A program made the position numbers and the translations under genes. A stretch of DNA of 64,000 nt from Candidatus Komeilibacteria bacterium (GTDB lineage Bacteria; Patescibacteriota; Patescibacteriia; UBA1558; UBA10009). Location: the NCBI GenBank assembly GCA_030688315.1, contig JAUYIT010000017.1:2845-66844 (forward strand), given 5' to 3'. Positions within the stretch are counted from its first letter, which is position 1, and every line of letters starts with the position of its first letter. The notes under the pieces were generated by a model. It had not been told where the DNA came from, made no database searches, and worked only from the letters and a program-made list of their open reading frames with translations. Shown here piece by piece: positions 1 through 9,729 of this stretch.

Positions 1-102
1 GCGCTGGAATTTTACGCCCGCGTAACCCAGCCCGGCTGAATAAATTAACAGCAACGCCGCTATGATTAAAATTTTTCTATATCTGACGATTATTCTTAAC
101 AT
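1..102 (-). CDS. 5' end of a gene running off the window edge (MLRIIVRYRKILIIAALLLIYSAGLGYAGVKFQR...), N-terminal membrane anchor; possibly a CotH-type kinase
   Basis: ATG at 102-100, 12 bp downstream of the DUF4956 stop, open to position 1; hydrophobic segment. The CotH idea comes only from the usual VTC-DUF4956-CotH synteny. Confidence 0.6.
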   Translation of the reverse strand, partial: MLRIIVRYRKILIIAALLLIYSAGLGYAGVKFQR

Positions 103-114
103 AACTTGGTTGTT

Positions 115-798
115 TTAATATTCAATATCGTTTTTGGCGCTTAATATTTCCACGTCAAACACGCCTTCAATTTTGTTAAGGTCGCCGATAAATTCCTTAA
201 TTTCGGATGTTTTAATAAATTTAACGTTAAAACTGTAATCCAAAACTTCACCCTTATCGCGGGCCACTACGTTGAGCAGGTTGTTGTAAAGCAGGTAATT
301 TTTAAATAGCGGTTGAACCAGGTCGTTGGAAAATTGGCTGGCGCGGACCGAAAAACTCAACAGGTAATCGTATTTGCGGATTGAGCCAAAATTAAACCTG
401 GTCATTAAATAAATAGCGCTAACGGCAACAACCGTGGTAATCAGGGCAATTAGATAATTGCCGGTGCCACTGGCCAGTCCGATGGCCACCACCAACAATA
501 TAAAGGCGATATCCTTAGTGTCCTTAATGGCGGTTCTAAAGCGGATCAAGGAAAAAGCGCCAAACGCGCCAAAGGCCATGGCCAAGCTGTTGCCGATCAC
601 CATCATAATCACCGCAATCAGCGTGCCGATTAAAACCAGGGTAAAGGTAAATGATTGCGAGTAAGAAAGGCCTTTGTGGGTGTTTTTATAAACCACGGCC
701 ACAACGAGCGATAGTATCAGGGCAAAAGCTATGCTGATTAATATTTGCTTAAAATTGAGCGGACTGGTGGCCAGTCCCAAATTGAGAAGGTTTTCCAT
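115..798 (-). CDS. DUF4956 family membrane protein
   Basis: Motifs YSQSF, IGNSLAMAFGAFGAFSLIRFRTAIKD; TM helices then a soluble C-terminal domain; adjacent to the VTC gene. Confidence 0.85.
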   Translation of the reverse strand: MENLLNLGLATSPLNFKQILISIAFALILSLVVAVVYKNTHKGLSYSQSFTFTLVLIGTLIAVIMMVIGNSLAMAFGAFGAFSLIRFRTAIKDTKDIAFILLVVAIGLASGTGNYLIALITTVVAVSAIYLMTRFNFGSIRKYDYLLSFSVRASQFSNDLVQPLFKNYLLYNNLLNVVARDKGEVLDYSFNVKFIKTSEIKEFIGDLNKIEGVFDVEILSAKNDIEY

Positions 799-817
799 TT
801 TTTTGTTAAGTTATTAG

Positions 818-1609
818 TTAATTTAAATTATAATTATTATCATCAAATTCCGGTTTGGCAATCCGCAAACAATTGCAATACTTGGAATAGGCCAAGCGTT
901 GGAGTTGGTATTTTTGGATAATTTTATGGAACCAGCCAGGCATAATGTTATTGAATTTAAGTTCCAAAACCACGGTGCGCGGAAAAACTTTTTTAAGTTG
1001 TCGGGGAACCTGATTAAAATTTTCAAGCAGACCGGTAGTAATGTTATAATCAAAGGTTACGCGGAATTTTTTGTCCCGTTTGCTAATCAGGGCTTTGCGC
1101 TGATAAGACACGAATAACTTGGGCTTTAAGCAGTTGCGTTTTTTAAACCAGCTGATTTCAGAGGCCAAACCGGCGGTTTCAACGGAAGAGTTTAACGCGG
1201 TTAAATAATTATCCAGCCGGCTGTTTAAACAATCGGCAAACTTTAATTGCAGGCGGTCTTTAATGACCAGCGCGTCGTTTTTTCTTTTAATTTCCAAAAA
1301 AACAGGAGAATCCGGCGCTAAATCATTGCTGTAATATCTAAAACGCAGTTTTTTCCGGTCGCTGATGCCGCTTTCCTTATCCCAAAAACAACCGTAATCC
1401 GGGCTGTCATAATACAATGAATTCACCTGATAATAATCCTGGCCGTAACCAAGCGTATGAGGATCCCAGTCCATGTAATTGAGCAAGGCGGGAATAATTT
1501 TATCGGCTTTTGTTTCGGGCAAATAATATTTAAATTCAAAACGCTGAAAATGAAGGGGGATTAATGGCAATTGGCCGTTGTTTAACGAGTTGGCTTTTGA
1601 AAAAATCAT
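818..1609 (-). CDS. VTC (polyphosphate polymerase-like, CYTH-fold) domain protein
   Basis: RFEFKY, SLYYD, RKKLRFRYY, FLEIKRK, RVTFD, VLELKF and SKY motifs. Confidence 0.88.
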   Translation of the reverse strand: MIFSKANSLNNGQLPLIPLHFQRFEFKYYLPETKADKIIPALLNYMDWDPHTLGYGQDYYQVNSLYYDSPDYGCFWDKESGISDRKKLRFRYYSNDLAPDSPVFLEIKRKNDALVIKDRLQLKFADCLNSRLDNYLTALNSSVETAGLASEISWFKKRNCLKPKLFVSYQRKALISKRDKKFRVTFDYNITTGLLENFNQVPRQLKKVFPRTVVLELKFNNIMPGWFHKIIQKYQLQRLAYSKYCNCLRIAKPEFDDNNYNLN

Positions 1610-1614
1610 GCGGT

Positions 1615-2571
1615 TTAAATATGTGTAAGTTTTTTTTGATACCAGTCAAACAGTTTTTTTACGCCTTCTTGATATAAAGTTTTTGGTTCCCAGCCGAGCA
1701 AGCTTTTAGCTTTGCTAATATCGGCGTAGGTCTGATTGACGTCGCCCGGGGGAAAAGGCAAATTTTCTATAATCGCTTTTTTGCCCGTTGTTTTTTCCAA
1801 AACTTCAATCATCCGGTTTAGGGTAATAGTTTGCGAGCCGCCCAGATTGATAATTTCAAAGCCCAAATTTTTATTTAAACAGGCAATAATACCGTCAACA
1901 ATATCATCCACAAATGTGTAATCGCGCCGCGATTCTCCGTCGCCGTACTTGGTAATGGGCTGGCCGTTTATAATACTATCCAACATTTTAAAATGCGCCA
2001 TATCCGGGCGGTTGTTAGGCCCGTAAACCGTAAAAAACCTAAGGCAAATCACGTTTAAATGGTAAAGATGGTGGTAATTAAAGCAAAACAGCTCGCAGGC
2101 CTTTTTGGTGGCCGCGTACGGGCTGATAGGGTAATCCACGTTGTCGGTTTCGGCAAAAGGCACTTTGGTGTTGTTGCCGTAAACGGAGGAGGAAGAGCCA
2201 AAAATTAGGTTTTTAATCCCGTGCTTTTGGCAGGCCTCCAAAACATTAAAGGTGCCAATGATGTTATTAACGCTAAAGCCCTCAGGGTCAATAAGCGAAG
2301 CCCGCACGCCGGCTTTGGCCGCCAAATGGATGACTGTATCGATTTTATGTTGAGTAAAGATTTTTTCCAGGCCAGCTTTATTTAAAATATCTTCGGTTGC
2401 CAGTTCAAAATCGGGATTATTCAAAAAGCTCGCGATGTTGTTTTTTTTGACAATCGGAGAATAGTAGTCGTTAAAATTGTCCAAACAAATAACCTCGTGT
2501 TTTTCTTTGAGCAAGCGTTCGCAGAGGTTTGAGCCGATAAAGCCCGCTCCGCCCGTGACTAAAATTTTCAT
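1615..2571 (-). CDS. NAD-dependent epimerase, UDP-glucuronate 4-epimerase-like
   Basis: GGAGFIG, HLAAKAGVR, SSSSVYG, YAATKK, RFFTVYGP..RPDMA. Confidence 0.88.
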   Translation of the reverse strand: MKILVTGGAGFIGSNLCERLLKEKHEVICLDNFNDYYSPIVKKNNIASFLNNPDFELATEDILNKAGLEKIFTQHKIDTVIHLAAKAGVRASLIDPEGFSVNNIIGTFNVLEACQKHGIKNLIFGSSSSVYGNNTKVPFAETDNVDYPISPYAATKKACELFCFNYHHLYHLNVICLRFFTVYGPNNRPDMAHFKMLDSIINGQPITKYGDGESRRDYTFVDDIVDGIIACLNKNLGFEIINLGGSQTITLNRMIEVLEKTTGKKAIIENLPFPPGDVNQTYADISKAKSLLGWEPKTLYQEGVKKLFDWYQKKLTHI

Positions 2572-2587
2572 AAGATTGAATGTCCGT

Positions 2588-3958
2588 TTATCTGCCGCCG
2601 CGTTTAAAAATTATGTTAATGGTTTTTAAAACAATGCTTAAGTCAAAAAATAAAGAACGGCGCTTAACGTAATACAGATCGTATTGCAGTTTTTTTAAGG
2701 TGGCTTCCACTGAATCGGCGTAAGCCAGATTTATTTGCGCCCAGCCGGTCAAACCCGGCTTAATTAATAATCGTTCGCGGTAAAAGGGAATTTCTTTTTC
2801 CAGCTGGTCAATAAATTCCGGCCGTTCCGGCCGCGGGCCCACAAAGCTCATATCGCCTTTAAGGATGTTAATCAGTTGAGGGATTTCATCCAGTCGGATT
2901 TTTCTAAAAAACCTGCCGATGTTGGTAACGCGAGGATCGTTTTCCTTGGCCCAGGTTGCTCCGGATTTTTCCGCGTTCTGGTACATGGTTCTAAACTTTA
3001 AGGCCACAAAATTGTTGCCATCTTTGCCTACCCTGATCTGCTTAAAAATCACCGGTCCTTGGCTGGAGATTTTTATTGCCAAAGCGATAAAAGGGGAAAG
3101 GGGCAGAGCCACGAAACCGAAGATTAAAGACAGGATAATATCCAGCAAACGCTTGCCGGATTCGTAAAAAGTTTTACTGCCTTCGGCCAAATTGTCCAAA
3201 AACCAGCCGCGGCTGATGATTTTTAAGGGCACGCGGTAGGTGATGTTTTCGTAAAAATTGGTTAAGCTGACAAAATTGACCCGCAAGGGCAAAATTTTAA
3301 ACAGCAGATTGATAATTTCTTCATTGCCCGGCTCATTAATAACCAGTAAACTTATTTTTTCATTTTTAATGGCCTCGGTCAGCTGGTTAAAAGGGTAGGT
3401 GGTTAAGTTGGTTATTTCCGGGTCAAGAGGAGTATTAGTCACAATGCCTTTGTAAACATAGCCGTAACGCTGTTCAGCTCCGCTTTTGGGCAGAATTTCC
3501 TTGATCAGCGGTTCGTAGCCGATAAACAGAACCGCCGGGTACAACTTTTTTTGGTAGTTGATCCGATGGGCCAGCTTGCGCCAAACAAAGTAAAAAATGG
3601 TAAAAACGCCGATTAAAATAACCAGCACCGTGCGCGGCCGAATTTCATTTTTTGGGTAAAAAGCGTAAAAATAAATAAAACCCAGCCCAAGGTTAATAAC
3701 CGTAACTTTTAAATATTGGTTTAAAAACTGCACGCCCGATTGGGTGGAAGCGGGGTCAAACAGGTTGAAGGAATAAAAAATGATCAGCCATAAAGCGAAC
3801 AGCCAGGTAAACGGTTCAAAGTGCAACTGCCACAGGTTAACGTTATAGTCGCTTTGATAGCGGATAATCAGGGTTAGCCATAAACTTAAGTAAAACAGCC
3901 CAATAGTGCTTAAAAAAGCCGCGATTTTTCTGATTTTTAGACCATTATAGATTTTCAT
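2588..3958 (-). CDS. Priming polyprenyl glycosylphosphotransferase (WbaP/WcaJ family)
   Basis: N-terminal TMs; KFRTM, DPRVT, LDEIPQ, MSFVGPRPE, KPGLTGWAQ, YDLYY. Confidence 0.92.
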   Translation of the reverse strand: MKIYNGLKIRKIAAFLSTIGLFYLSLWLTLIIRYQSDYNVNLWQLHFEPFTWLFALWLIIFYSFNLFDPASTQSGVQFLNQYLKVTVINLGLGFIYFYAFYPKNEIRPRTVLVILIGVFTIFYFVWRKLAHRINYQKKLYPAVLFIGYEPLIKEILPKSGAEQRYGYVYKGIVTNTPLDPEITNLTTYPFNQLTEAIKNEKISLLVINEPGNEEIINLLFKILPLRVNFVSLTNFYENITYRVPLKIISRGWFLDNLAEGSKTFYESGKRLLDIILSLIFGFVALPLSPFIALAIKISSQGPVIFKQIRVGKDGNNFVALKFRTMYQNAEKSGATWAKENDPRVTNIGRFFRKIRLDEIPQLINILKGDMSFVGPRPERPEFIDQLEKEIPFYRERLLIKPGLTGWAQINLAYADSVEATLKKLQYDLYYVKRRSLFFDLSIVLKTINIIFKRGGR

Positions 3959-3973
3959 ATATAATTGTAAATG

Positions 3974-4002
3974 ATTATACTGATTAATCTGTTTTTTTAC
4001 AA
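3974..4002 (-). promoter_or_regulatory. sigma70-type promoter for the leftward operon
   Basis: Minus strand TTGTAA-17 bp-TATAAT. Confidence 0.6.
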
Positions 4003-4034
4003 GCCAGAACCGCTGTTTAAGCGCCCAACCGCGT

Positions 4035-4063
4035 TTGTCAAAAATTCTAAAATATCATATAAT
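4035..4063 (+). promoter_or_regulatory. sigma70-type promoter for the rightward operon
   Basis: TTGTCA-17 bp-TATAAT; supports a start at ATG 4094 rather than 3971. Confidence 0.6.
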
Positions 4064-4093
4064 ACAACCACTTATTTTGTCATTAACCCGCTT

Positions 4094-6385
4094 ATGAATC
4101 AAAAAACGCTTTACTTGGTGGAAAAGATATTAAAAAACATTGTCATCTTTGGCAGTTTTTTGGTGGTGTTGCTGCCTATCGTGATTGTACCCGGCTCTTA
4201 CTTCCCTTACATCATTCAAAAAACCAACATTTTAAAGATTTTAATTGAGCTGATTTTTTTGGCCTATTTACCGCTGGCTTTATGGAAAGCAGAATACCGG
4301 CCCAAAAAATCTTTTATTTTATGGGCGGTGCTGGCTTTTGCCGGCATTATGATTTTAACCACCTTTACCAGCCAAAGCGTGTACCGAAGCTGGTGGGGCA
4401 ACTGGGAAAGAAGCTTTGGCACATTTAATTACCTCCATTATTTTGCTTGGTTTATCGCTTTGCTCGGTGTTTTTAAAGAAAAAAAATACTGGTATTATCT
4501 GCTTAATTTTTCTCTGATTGTTAGCGCCTTAATCGGGCTTTACGCCGTGGCTCAAAGAATGGATCTGGGCATTACCTTTGAAAGCGGTCTGCAACGGGTT
4601 AACGCTACCATGGGCAACGCTTCTTTTTTATCGGCCTACATGCTGATGCATGTTTTTATCGCCTTGCTGTTTATTACGGAAAAAGTTTCCTTAAAGTTAA
4701 AATTTTGGTATTGGTCGGTTTTTATCCTTGATTTTCTGGTTTTGCAGCTGACCGCCACCAGAGGCGGTTTGCTGGGTTTGGCAGGCGCCTTGGTTTTGTT
4801 TATTATTTTGGTGTTTACCCTTAAGTTGTGGGAAAAGAAAAGCGTCAAGATTTTGGTCGGCTTAACCTTGTTTGTATTTTTGATAGGCGGTTTGGCCATG
4901 GTTTTTAAGGAATCCCCGCTGATTAAAGGCAATTACTGGCTGAGGCGCTTAACCAGTTTTTCCATTAATGACGGCACGGTGCAAACTCGTCTGCGCACCT
5001 GGACTTGGGGTTTGCAGGGTTTTAGGGATAACTTTATTTTCGGCCTGGGGCCCGAAAATTACCACATCGCTTTTAACCAATATTTTGAGCCGGATTTTTA
5101 CCGCTATTCGGCTACGGAAATCTGGTTTGACCGGGCTCATAATAATTTAGTGGATATGGCGTCTACCATGGGCATTTTTGGCCTGCTTTCTTATTTAGGA
5201 ATTTTATGGGCGGTGTTTCACGCTCTGACCATGCTGTATCGTCAGCAGAAAATTTCCAAATTAGCGTTTGTGGTGATAATTTTATTGTTTTTTTCCTATA
5301 CCGTGCAAAACCTGGCGGTTTTTGACTCCTTAAATACCCTGATTATTTTTTATCTCTTGCTGGCTTATGTGGCTTTTCTTTACACCAGCAACAACGTCGG
5401 TCCGGTACAAGAAGGGGATTTGGCTGGCCGCGTCCGGATCAGCCCGCTAGTTAGTTTGCCGGTTTTGACGCTGTTATTTTTACTGTTGTTTTTTGCGGTT
5501 GATTTAAAGCAAATCAAGGAAAATCTTTACGTTTATAACGCTTACATTGCCGGCAAATTGGGCAATTACGCCGAATCAATGTATTGGTACGATAAAACCT
5601 ACAACGATGGCCTTCATAAAATTGACCCGGCTATTTTAAGGTCGTCCAGTATCGGCGAGTTAGTGGAATCAAACAAGGAAAACGCTTCCAAGGAATGGAT
5701 CCTGGAGGATTTAAATAAAGCCATTGATTGGATGGATAAAGCCATTGCCTTGGATCAGCGTAATATGTTTTTGTATTATTTGCAGGCCAAAAATTACGCT
5801 TTGGCGGCGGAACTTTCCGGCGATGCTAAATATTTGGACAAGGGGCTGGCTATGGCCGACAAGGCCCAGGAATTGCGGCCTGGCGAGATCCGTCCTTACT
5901 GGCTGAAAGCGCAAATTTATTTGTTTGGCAGTCAGCCCGAAAAGGCGTTAGAATATCTTAACCAGGCCAACGAATTATATGACCGTTTGCCCGAAACCTA
6001 TTTTTATCTGTCGGTGGTTTACCAGAGTATGGGTAATGAAGAAAAATACCGGGAAGTGGTGGAAGAAATGCTTGACCGCGGTTTTTCGTTTTTTTCCGCC
6101 GATTTGGTTAAAAAAACCATTCCTTATTACGACGCCCAAGGCGACATTAAGCGGCTGATTCAGCTTTATGATGAATTAACCCGGCTGGAATCCAATAACG
6201 CCAATTATTGGCAGGATTATGTTGATTTGCTGGTGCAGGATAAGCAGTACGACCGGGCGTTGCTGGTATTGCAGAAGGCCGCGGAAAAAATTCCGGCCTT
6301 TTCCAGCCGCGCTTATACTCGTTATCAGGAAATTATAAAATTAAAAGACGGTTTGGAAGGCGCTGCCACTTCAACCAATCAATAA
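4094..6385 (+). CDS. O-antigen ligase/Wzy_C-family membrane protein with C-terminal TPR repeats
   Basis: Many TMs; RVNATMGNA, TATRGG, GLGPENY, DRAHN motifs; helical TPR-like tail; start moved to in-frame ATG 4094. Confidence 0.82.
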   Translation: MNQKTLYLVEKILKNIVIFGSFLVVLLPIVIVPGSYFPYIIQKTNILKILIELIFLAYLPLALWKAEYRPKKSFILWAVLAFAGIMILTTFTSQSVYRSWWGNWERSFGTFNYLHYFAWFIALLGVFKEKKYWYYLLNFSLIVSALIGLYAVAQRMDLGITFESGLQRVNATMGNASFLSAYMLMHVFIALLFITEKVSLKLKFWYWSVFILDFLVLQLTATRGGLLGLAGALVLFIILVFTLKLWEKKSVKILVGLTLFVFLIGGLAMVFKESPLIKGNYWLRRLTSFSINDGTVQTRLRTWTWGLQGFRDNFIFGLGPENYHIAFNQYFEPDFYRYSATEIWFDRAHNNLVDMASTMGIFGLLSYLGILWAVFHALTMLYRQQKISKLAFVVIILLFFSYTVQNLAVFDSLNTLIIFYLLLAYVAFLYTSNNVGPVQEGDLAGRVRISPLVSLPVLTLLFLLLFFAVDLKQIKENLYVYNAYIAGKLGNYAESMYWYDKTYNDGLHKIDPAILRSSSIGELVESNKENASKEWILEDLNKAIDWMDKAIALDQRNMFLYYLQAKNYALAAELSGDAKYLDKGLAMADKAQELRPGEIRPYWLKAQIYLFGSQPEKALEYLNQANELYDRLPETYFYLSVVYQSMGNEEKYREVVEEMLDRGFSFFSADLVKKTIPYYDAQGDIKRLIQLYDELTRLESNNANYWQDYVDLLVQDKQYDRALLVLQKAAEKIPAFSSRAYTRYQEIIKLKDGLEGAATSTNQ

Positions 6386-6395
6386 TCAAACTAAT

Positions 6396-7085
6396 ATGAT
6401 TCCTTTAATTCATAAAATTGGTAAAAATAAAGTTTTGATGATTACGGGACTGTTTGTTATCCTGCTGGCAGTCGGGCTGACGCTGTTTTTAAAAAATAAG
6501 GAAGAACAGCTTTATTTGCCGGTTCAGCTGGATGAAGAAACCAGAATTAAAACCAACGAACGAATCGCGCAAAATTTAGAAATGCTAAAACTGTTTCCTA
6601 ATGATTACAATGTGTACATGGACCTGGGCAATTTATCCGCCAATCTGGGTAACGCTTCGGAGGCGATAAAATATTATCAAACGGCCTGGGAAATTATTCC
6701 GAGCAATTCCACGCCCTGGCTGAATATCGGCAATATTTACATCCGGCTGGGAGATTACCGTCAAGCGGAGCAGGCCTTTTTAAAGGCAAAAGAAGTCAAC
6801 CCGGTCTATCATTTTGTTTATTTTAATTTAGCCAAGCTTTATGAAGATTTTTTGCCGGCCAAATCCGATAAAATAAAAGAGATTTATTTGGAAGGTTTAA
6901 AAAACACCAATAACGATTATCAGCTGTTGCAGCCCTTTACGGATTATCTGGTGCGCGCTAATAAATATTCGGAAGCATTGGAATACCTCAATGTTTTATT
7001 GCAAAAAGTGCCTGCCGGCTCTAAGCAGCAGATACTGGACAGAATTAAAGAAGTGAAAAATTTAGCGCAGCAGCCAACCGGATAA
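6396..7085 (+). CDS. Membrane-anchored TPR protein
   Basis: N-terminal TM; TPR consensus (YMDLGN..A..YY..A...P; WLNIGNIY..LG.Y..A). Confidence 0.8.
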   Translation: MIPLIHKIGKNKVLMITGLFVILLAVGLTLFLKNKEEQLYLPVQLDEETRIKTNERIAQNLEMLKLFPNDYNVYMDLGNLSANLGNASEAIKYYQTAWEIIPSNSTPWLNIGNIYIRLGDYRQAEQAFLKAKEVNPVYHFVYFNLAKLYEDFLPAKSDKIKEIYLEGLKNTNNDYQLLQPFTDYLVRANKYSEALEYLNVLLQKVPAGSKQQILDRIKEVKNLAQQPTG

Positions 7086-7092
7086 AAAAACT

Positions 7093-9162
7093 ATGATAAC
7101 ATATCAGCTTCAACAAAAAATCGCTATTTTTATTTTAGCTTTTTTTGTTTTAAGTTTTTACGGGGCACCGGGCGTTATGGGGCAGGGCCTGACTGTTTCG
7201 GAAGTGACTAATGATCCCAAGCTGGGCAGCCAGTATTATTTAGCTCAAATTAAGGCCCTGCAGGCCTGGTCAACTATTGCCGACGCGCCGGAAATAGTGG
7301 TAGCGGTAATTGATAGCGGCGTGGATATTGACCATCCTGATTTAGCGGCCAACATCTGGAAAAATCAGGATGAAATCGCGGGCGATAAAATTGATAACGA
7401 TAATAACGGCTATGTTGACGACGTTAACGGCTGGGATTTTATTGTTGATTCGTCTGACCCCCGGCCAAAAGTAGCCGCTCCTTACAGCGTGTTGGGCATT
7501 AACCATGGCACGTTGGTGGCCGGCGTAATCGGCGCTGTTGGCAATAACGGCTTTGGCTTAAGCGGCGTGGCCTGGAAAATCAAGATTATGCCCTTAAGAG
7601 TCATGGACGCCCAGGGAGCCGGCAATACCAAAAGCGTTTACCGGGCCATTAGGTACGCCATAGATAATAAGGCCGACATAATTAATTTGAGCATGGTCGG
7701 CGAGGCCTTTGATCCTTCGTTGCAGGATATTATTGCCGAGGCCTACCGCGCCGGTATGATCATTGTGGCGGCGGCCGGCAATGAAACCAACAACGCGTAT
7801 CAAACCGACGACTTTAGTTTGAATTTGGGTATTCATCCACAATATCCGATTTGCCATGACGGATACAAGGAAGGCGATAATTTTATTTTGGGCGTGGGTT
7901 CGGTTAACGGTCAGGATAAAAAATCACGTTTTTCTAATTTTGGTTCCAAATGTTTGGATTTGGTGGCGCCCGGCGAAAGTTTTTACGGCACGCTTTATTT
8001 TTCCCCGGTGTTACCGGAATTTAAGGAATATTTTGGCGGCTGGTGGTCGGGTACTTCCTTGGCCGCGCCCCAAGTTTCGGCGGCCGCGGCTTTGCTAAAG
8101 GCCTATCGGCCGGATCTTAAGAATAGCGAGATTTATGAGATTTTAATAAAATCGGCGGATAATATTGACGCTCGTAACCTTAATTATGTGGGATTGCTGG
8201 GCGGCGGACGGCTTAATTTGCCAGCGGCGTTAGCGGCCGCGGCCGCCGCGTCCGATTCGGCCGCCAAACTGTTGGTGGCACCGGAATACGGTTTTGCTCC
8301 TTTAGTTTCGCTTTATAATTTAAACGGTGAGCTTCGTTCCTCGTTTTTAGCTTACGCCGAAAATTTTAAAGGCGGTGTTAATTTGGCCAGCGCCGATATT
8401 GACGGCGACGGCACTAAAGAAATTATTACCGCGGCCGGCAAAACCGGCGGACCGCACGTTAGGGTTTTTAATAACGACGGCACGGTACTCAAACAATTTT
8501 TTGCTTATGATGCCAAATTTAACGGCGGGGTTAATATCGCGGCGCAAAATATTGATGCCTTTGGACAGGCCAAAATTATTACCGCCCCGCAAAGCAACTA
8601 TCAGCCGCTAATCAGGATTTTTAACGTTGACGGCGAATTGCTTAAGGAATGGCTGGCTTTTGACGCCAAATTTACGGGCGGCGTTAATTTGGCCTTAGGC
8701 GATATTAACGGCGATAACGAGCCGGAAATTATCGCGGCCAGCGGTCCGGGCCAAGCCCCGCTAGTCAGAATTTTTACCCAGCAGGGAAAATTGGTTAAGG
8801 AGTTTTTGGTTGGCGATAAAAACTGGCGCGGCGGCGTTAAAGTGAGCGCTGCCGATTTGTATTTGGATTCGCGGACCGAAATCATCACCATCCCGCAAGC
8901 CGGCGCCAAACCCATGGTCAGGATTTATTCCGCTTCCGGCCAACTGGAACTGGAATGGTCGGCCGGGGAAACAACTAAGGATAAAATCAGCATAACGGCT
9001 TTGCCGCGCGTTTACGCCGAAGAAGCTAAATTATTGATTGCCTTAGCCGACAGCAATCAACGGCCTCAAATAAGCGCGTTTAATTATCGCGGCCAGCTGT
9101 TAAAAAACTTTGTTGCCTTAAGCGAGGGCATTACGGGCGGCGCTAACTTGGCAGGCAAATGA
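7093..9162 (+). CDS. Secreted S8 subtilisin-like peptidase with FG-GAP-like C-terminal repeats
   Basis: Catalytic triad VAVIDSG / HGTLVAG / GTSLAAP; repeats FxAY/FDxxFxGGVNxAxxDIxGD. Confidence 0.9.
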   Translation: MITYQLQQKIAIFILAFFVLSFYGAPGVMGQGLTVSEVTNDPKLGSQYYLAQIKALQAWSTIADAPEIVVAVIDSGVDIDHPDLAANIWKNQDEIAGDKIDNDNNGYVDDVNGWDFIVDSSDPRPKVAAPYSVLGINHGTLVAGVIGAVGNNGFGLSGVAWKIKIMPLRVMDAQGAGNTKSVYRAIRYAIDNKADIINLSMVGEAFDPSLQDIIAEAYRAGMIIVAAAGNETNNAYQTDDFSLNLGIHPQYPICHDGYKEGDNFILGVGSVNGQDKKSRFSNFGSKCLDLVAPGESFYGTLYFSPVLPEFKEYFGGWWSGTSLAAPQVSAAAALLKAYRPDLKNSEIYEILIKSADNIDARNLNYVGLLGGGRLNLPAALAAAAAASDSAAKLLVAPEYGFAPLVSLYNLNGELRSSFLAYAENFKGGVNLASADIDGDGTKEIITAAGKTGGPHVRVFNNDGTVLKQFFAYDAKFNGGVNIAAQNIDAFGQAKIITAPQSNYQPLIRIFNVDGELLKEWLAFDAKFTGGVNLALGDINGDNEPEIIAASGPGQAPLVRIFTQQGKLVKEFLVGDKNWRGGVKVSAADLYLDSRTEIITIPQAGAKPMVRIYSASGQLELEWSAGETTKDKISITALPRVYAEEAKLLIALADSNQRPQISAFNYRGQLLKNFVALSEGITGGANLAGK

Positions 9163-9605
9163 TTTTTAAAATCGCTGATTTTATTTTAGATAGAATGTTC
9201 CGCAACCAGCCCACTTTAAAGCAGTTTTTTCAGTTTTCCTTGGTGGGCGGCCTTAACGCTATTGTTGATTTTTCGATCTATTTTTCTTTAACAAGAAGTA
9301 TAGATTGGTTTAAAGAAAATTACCTCGTGGCCAACGCTCTGGCTTTTTTAGCTGCCGTAACCTGTAGCTTTTTTTTAAATAACCATTGGACGTTTAAGGA
9401 ACGGGCGGTTAAGCCCTCAGCGGGTATTTATTTTAAGTATCTGGGCTTAGGACTGCTGACCTTGGCCGTGATTGAATTTTTGCTTTATCAACTGGTCAAC
9501 AATTTGGGTGTTTATGATTTGTACGCTAAAATCCTGATTTTGCTGGTCAGCGCGATTATCAATTTCAGCTTAAGCCGGCTGTGGATTTTTAAAAAAACCG
9601 ATTAA
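9159..9605 (+). CDS. GtrA family protein
   Basis: QFFQFSLVGGLNAIVDF, SFFLNNHWTF, NFSLSRLWIF; four TMs. Confidence 0.88.
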   Translation: MIFKIADFILDRMFRNQPTLKQFFQFSLVGGLNAIVDFSIYFSLTRSIDWFKENYLVANALAFLAAVTCSFFLNNHWTFKERAVKPSAGIYFKYLGLGLLTLAVIEFLLYQLVNNLGVYDLYAKILILLVSAIINFSLSRLWIFKKTD

Positions 9606-9616
9606 TTTCCCAAACC

Positions 9617-9645
9617 TTGATTATAAAGGTTGTTTGGGTTATAAT
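9617..9645 (+). promoter_or_regulatory. sigma70-type promoter
   Basis: TTGATT-17 bp-TATAAT. Confidence 0.5.
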
Positions 9646-9705
9646 TTGGAGCGAGGGAGGAAAGAAAGCAAGCTTTCTTTCCGAGCGAGCGAATAAATTA
9701 TACCC
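9636..9705 (+). repeat. Hairpin element with tandem GA/GA internal loops (copy 1)
   Basis: GCGAG-G-GA-[GGAAAGAAAGC AA GCTTTCTTTCC]-GA-G-CGAGC, closed by outer arms GGGTTATAATTT / AAATTATACCC. Confidence 0.7.
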
Positions 9706-9729
9706 TGTATAATTTATTAAGTTATTTAC

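Noticed and set aside
3971-4093. N-terminal extensions given by the ORF track (also at 25507, 29501, 45009, 52346)
   Set aside because: They overlap predicted promoters, hairpin elements or neighbouring genes; downstream ATGs fit the family N-termini better
8330-8900. Repeated GGCGGCGTTAA-like DNA segments
   Set aside because: They encode the FG-GAP-like protein repeats of the S8 peptidase
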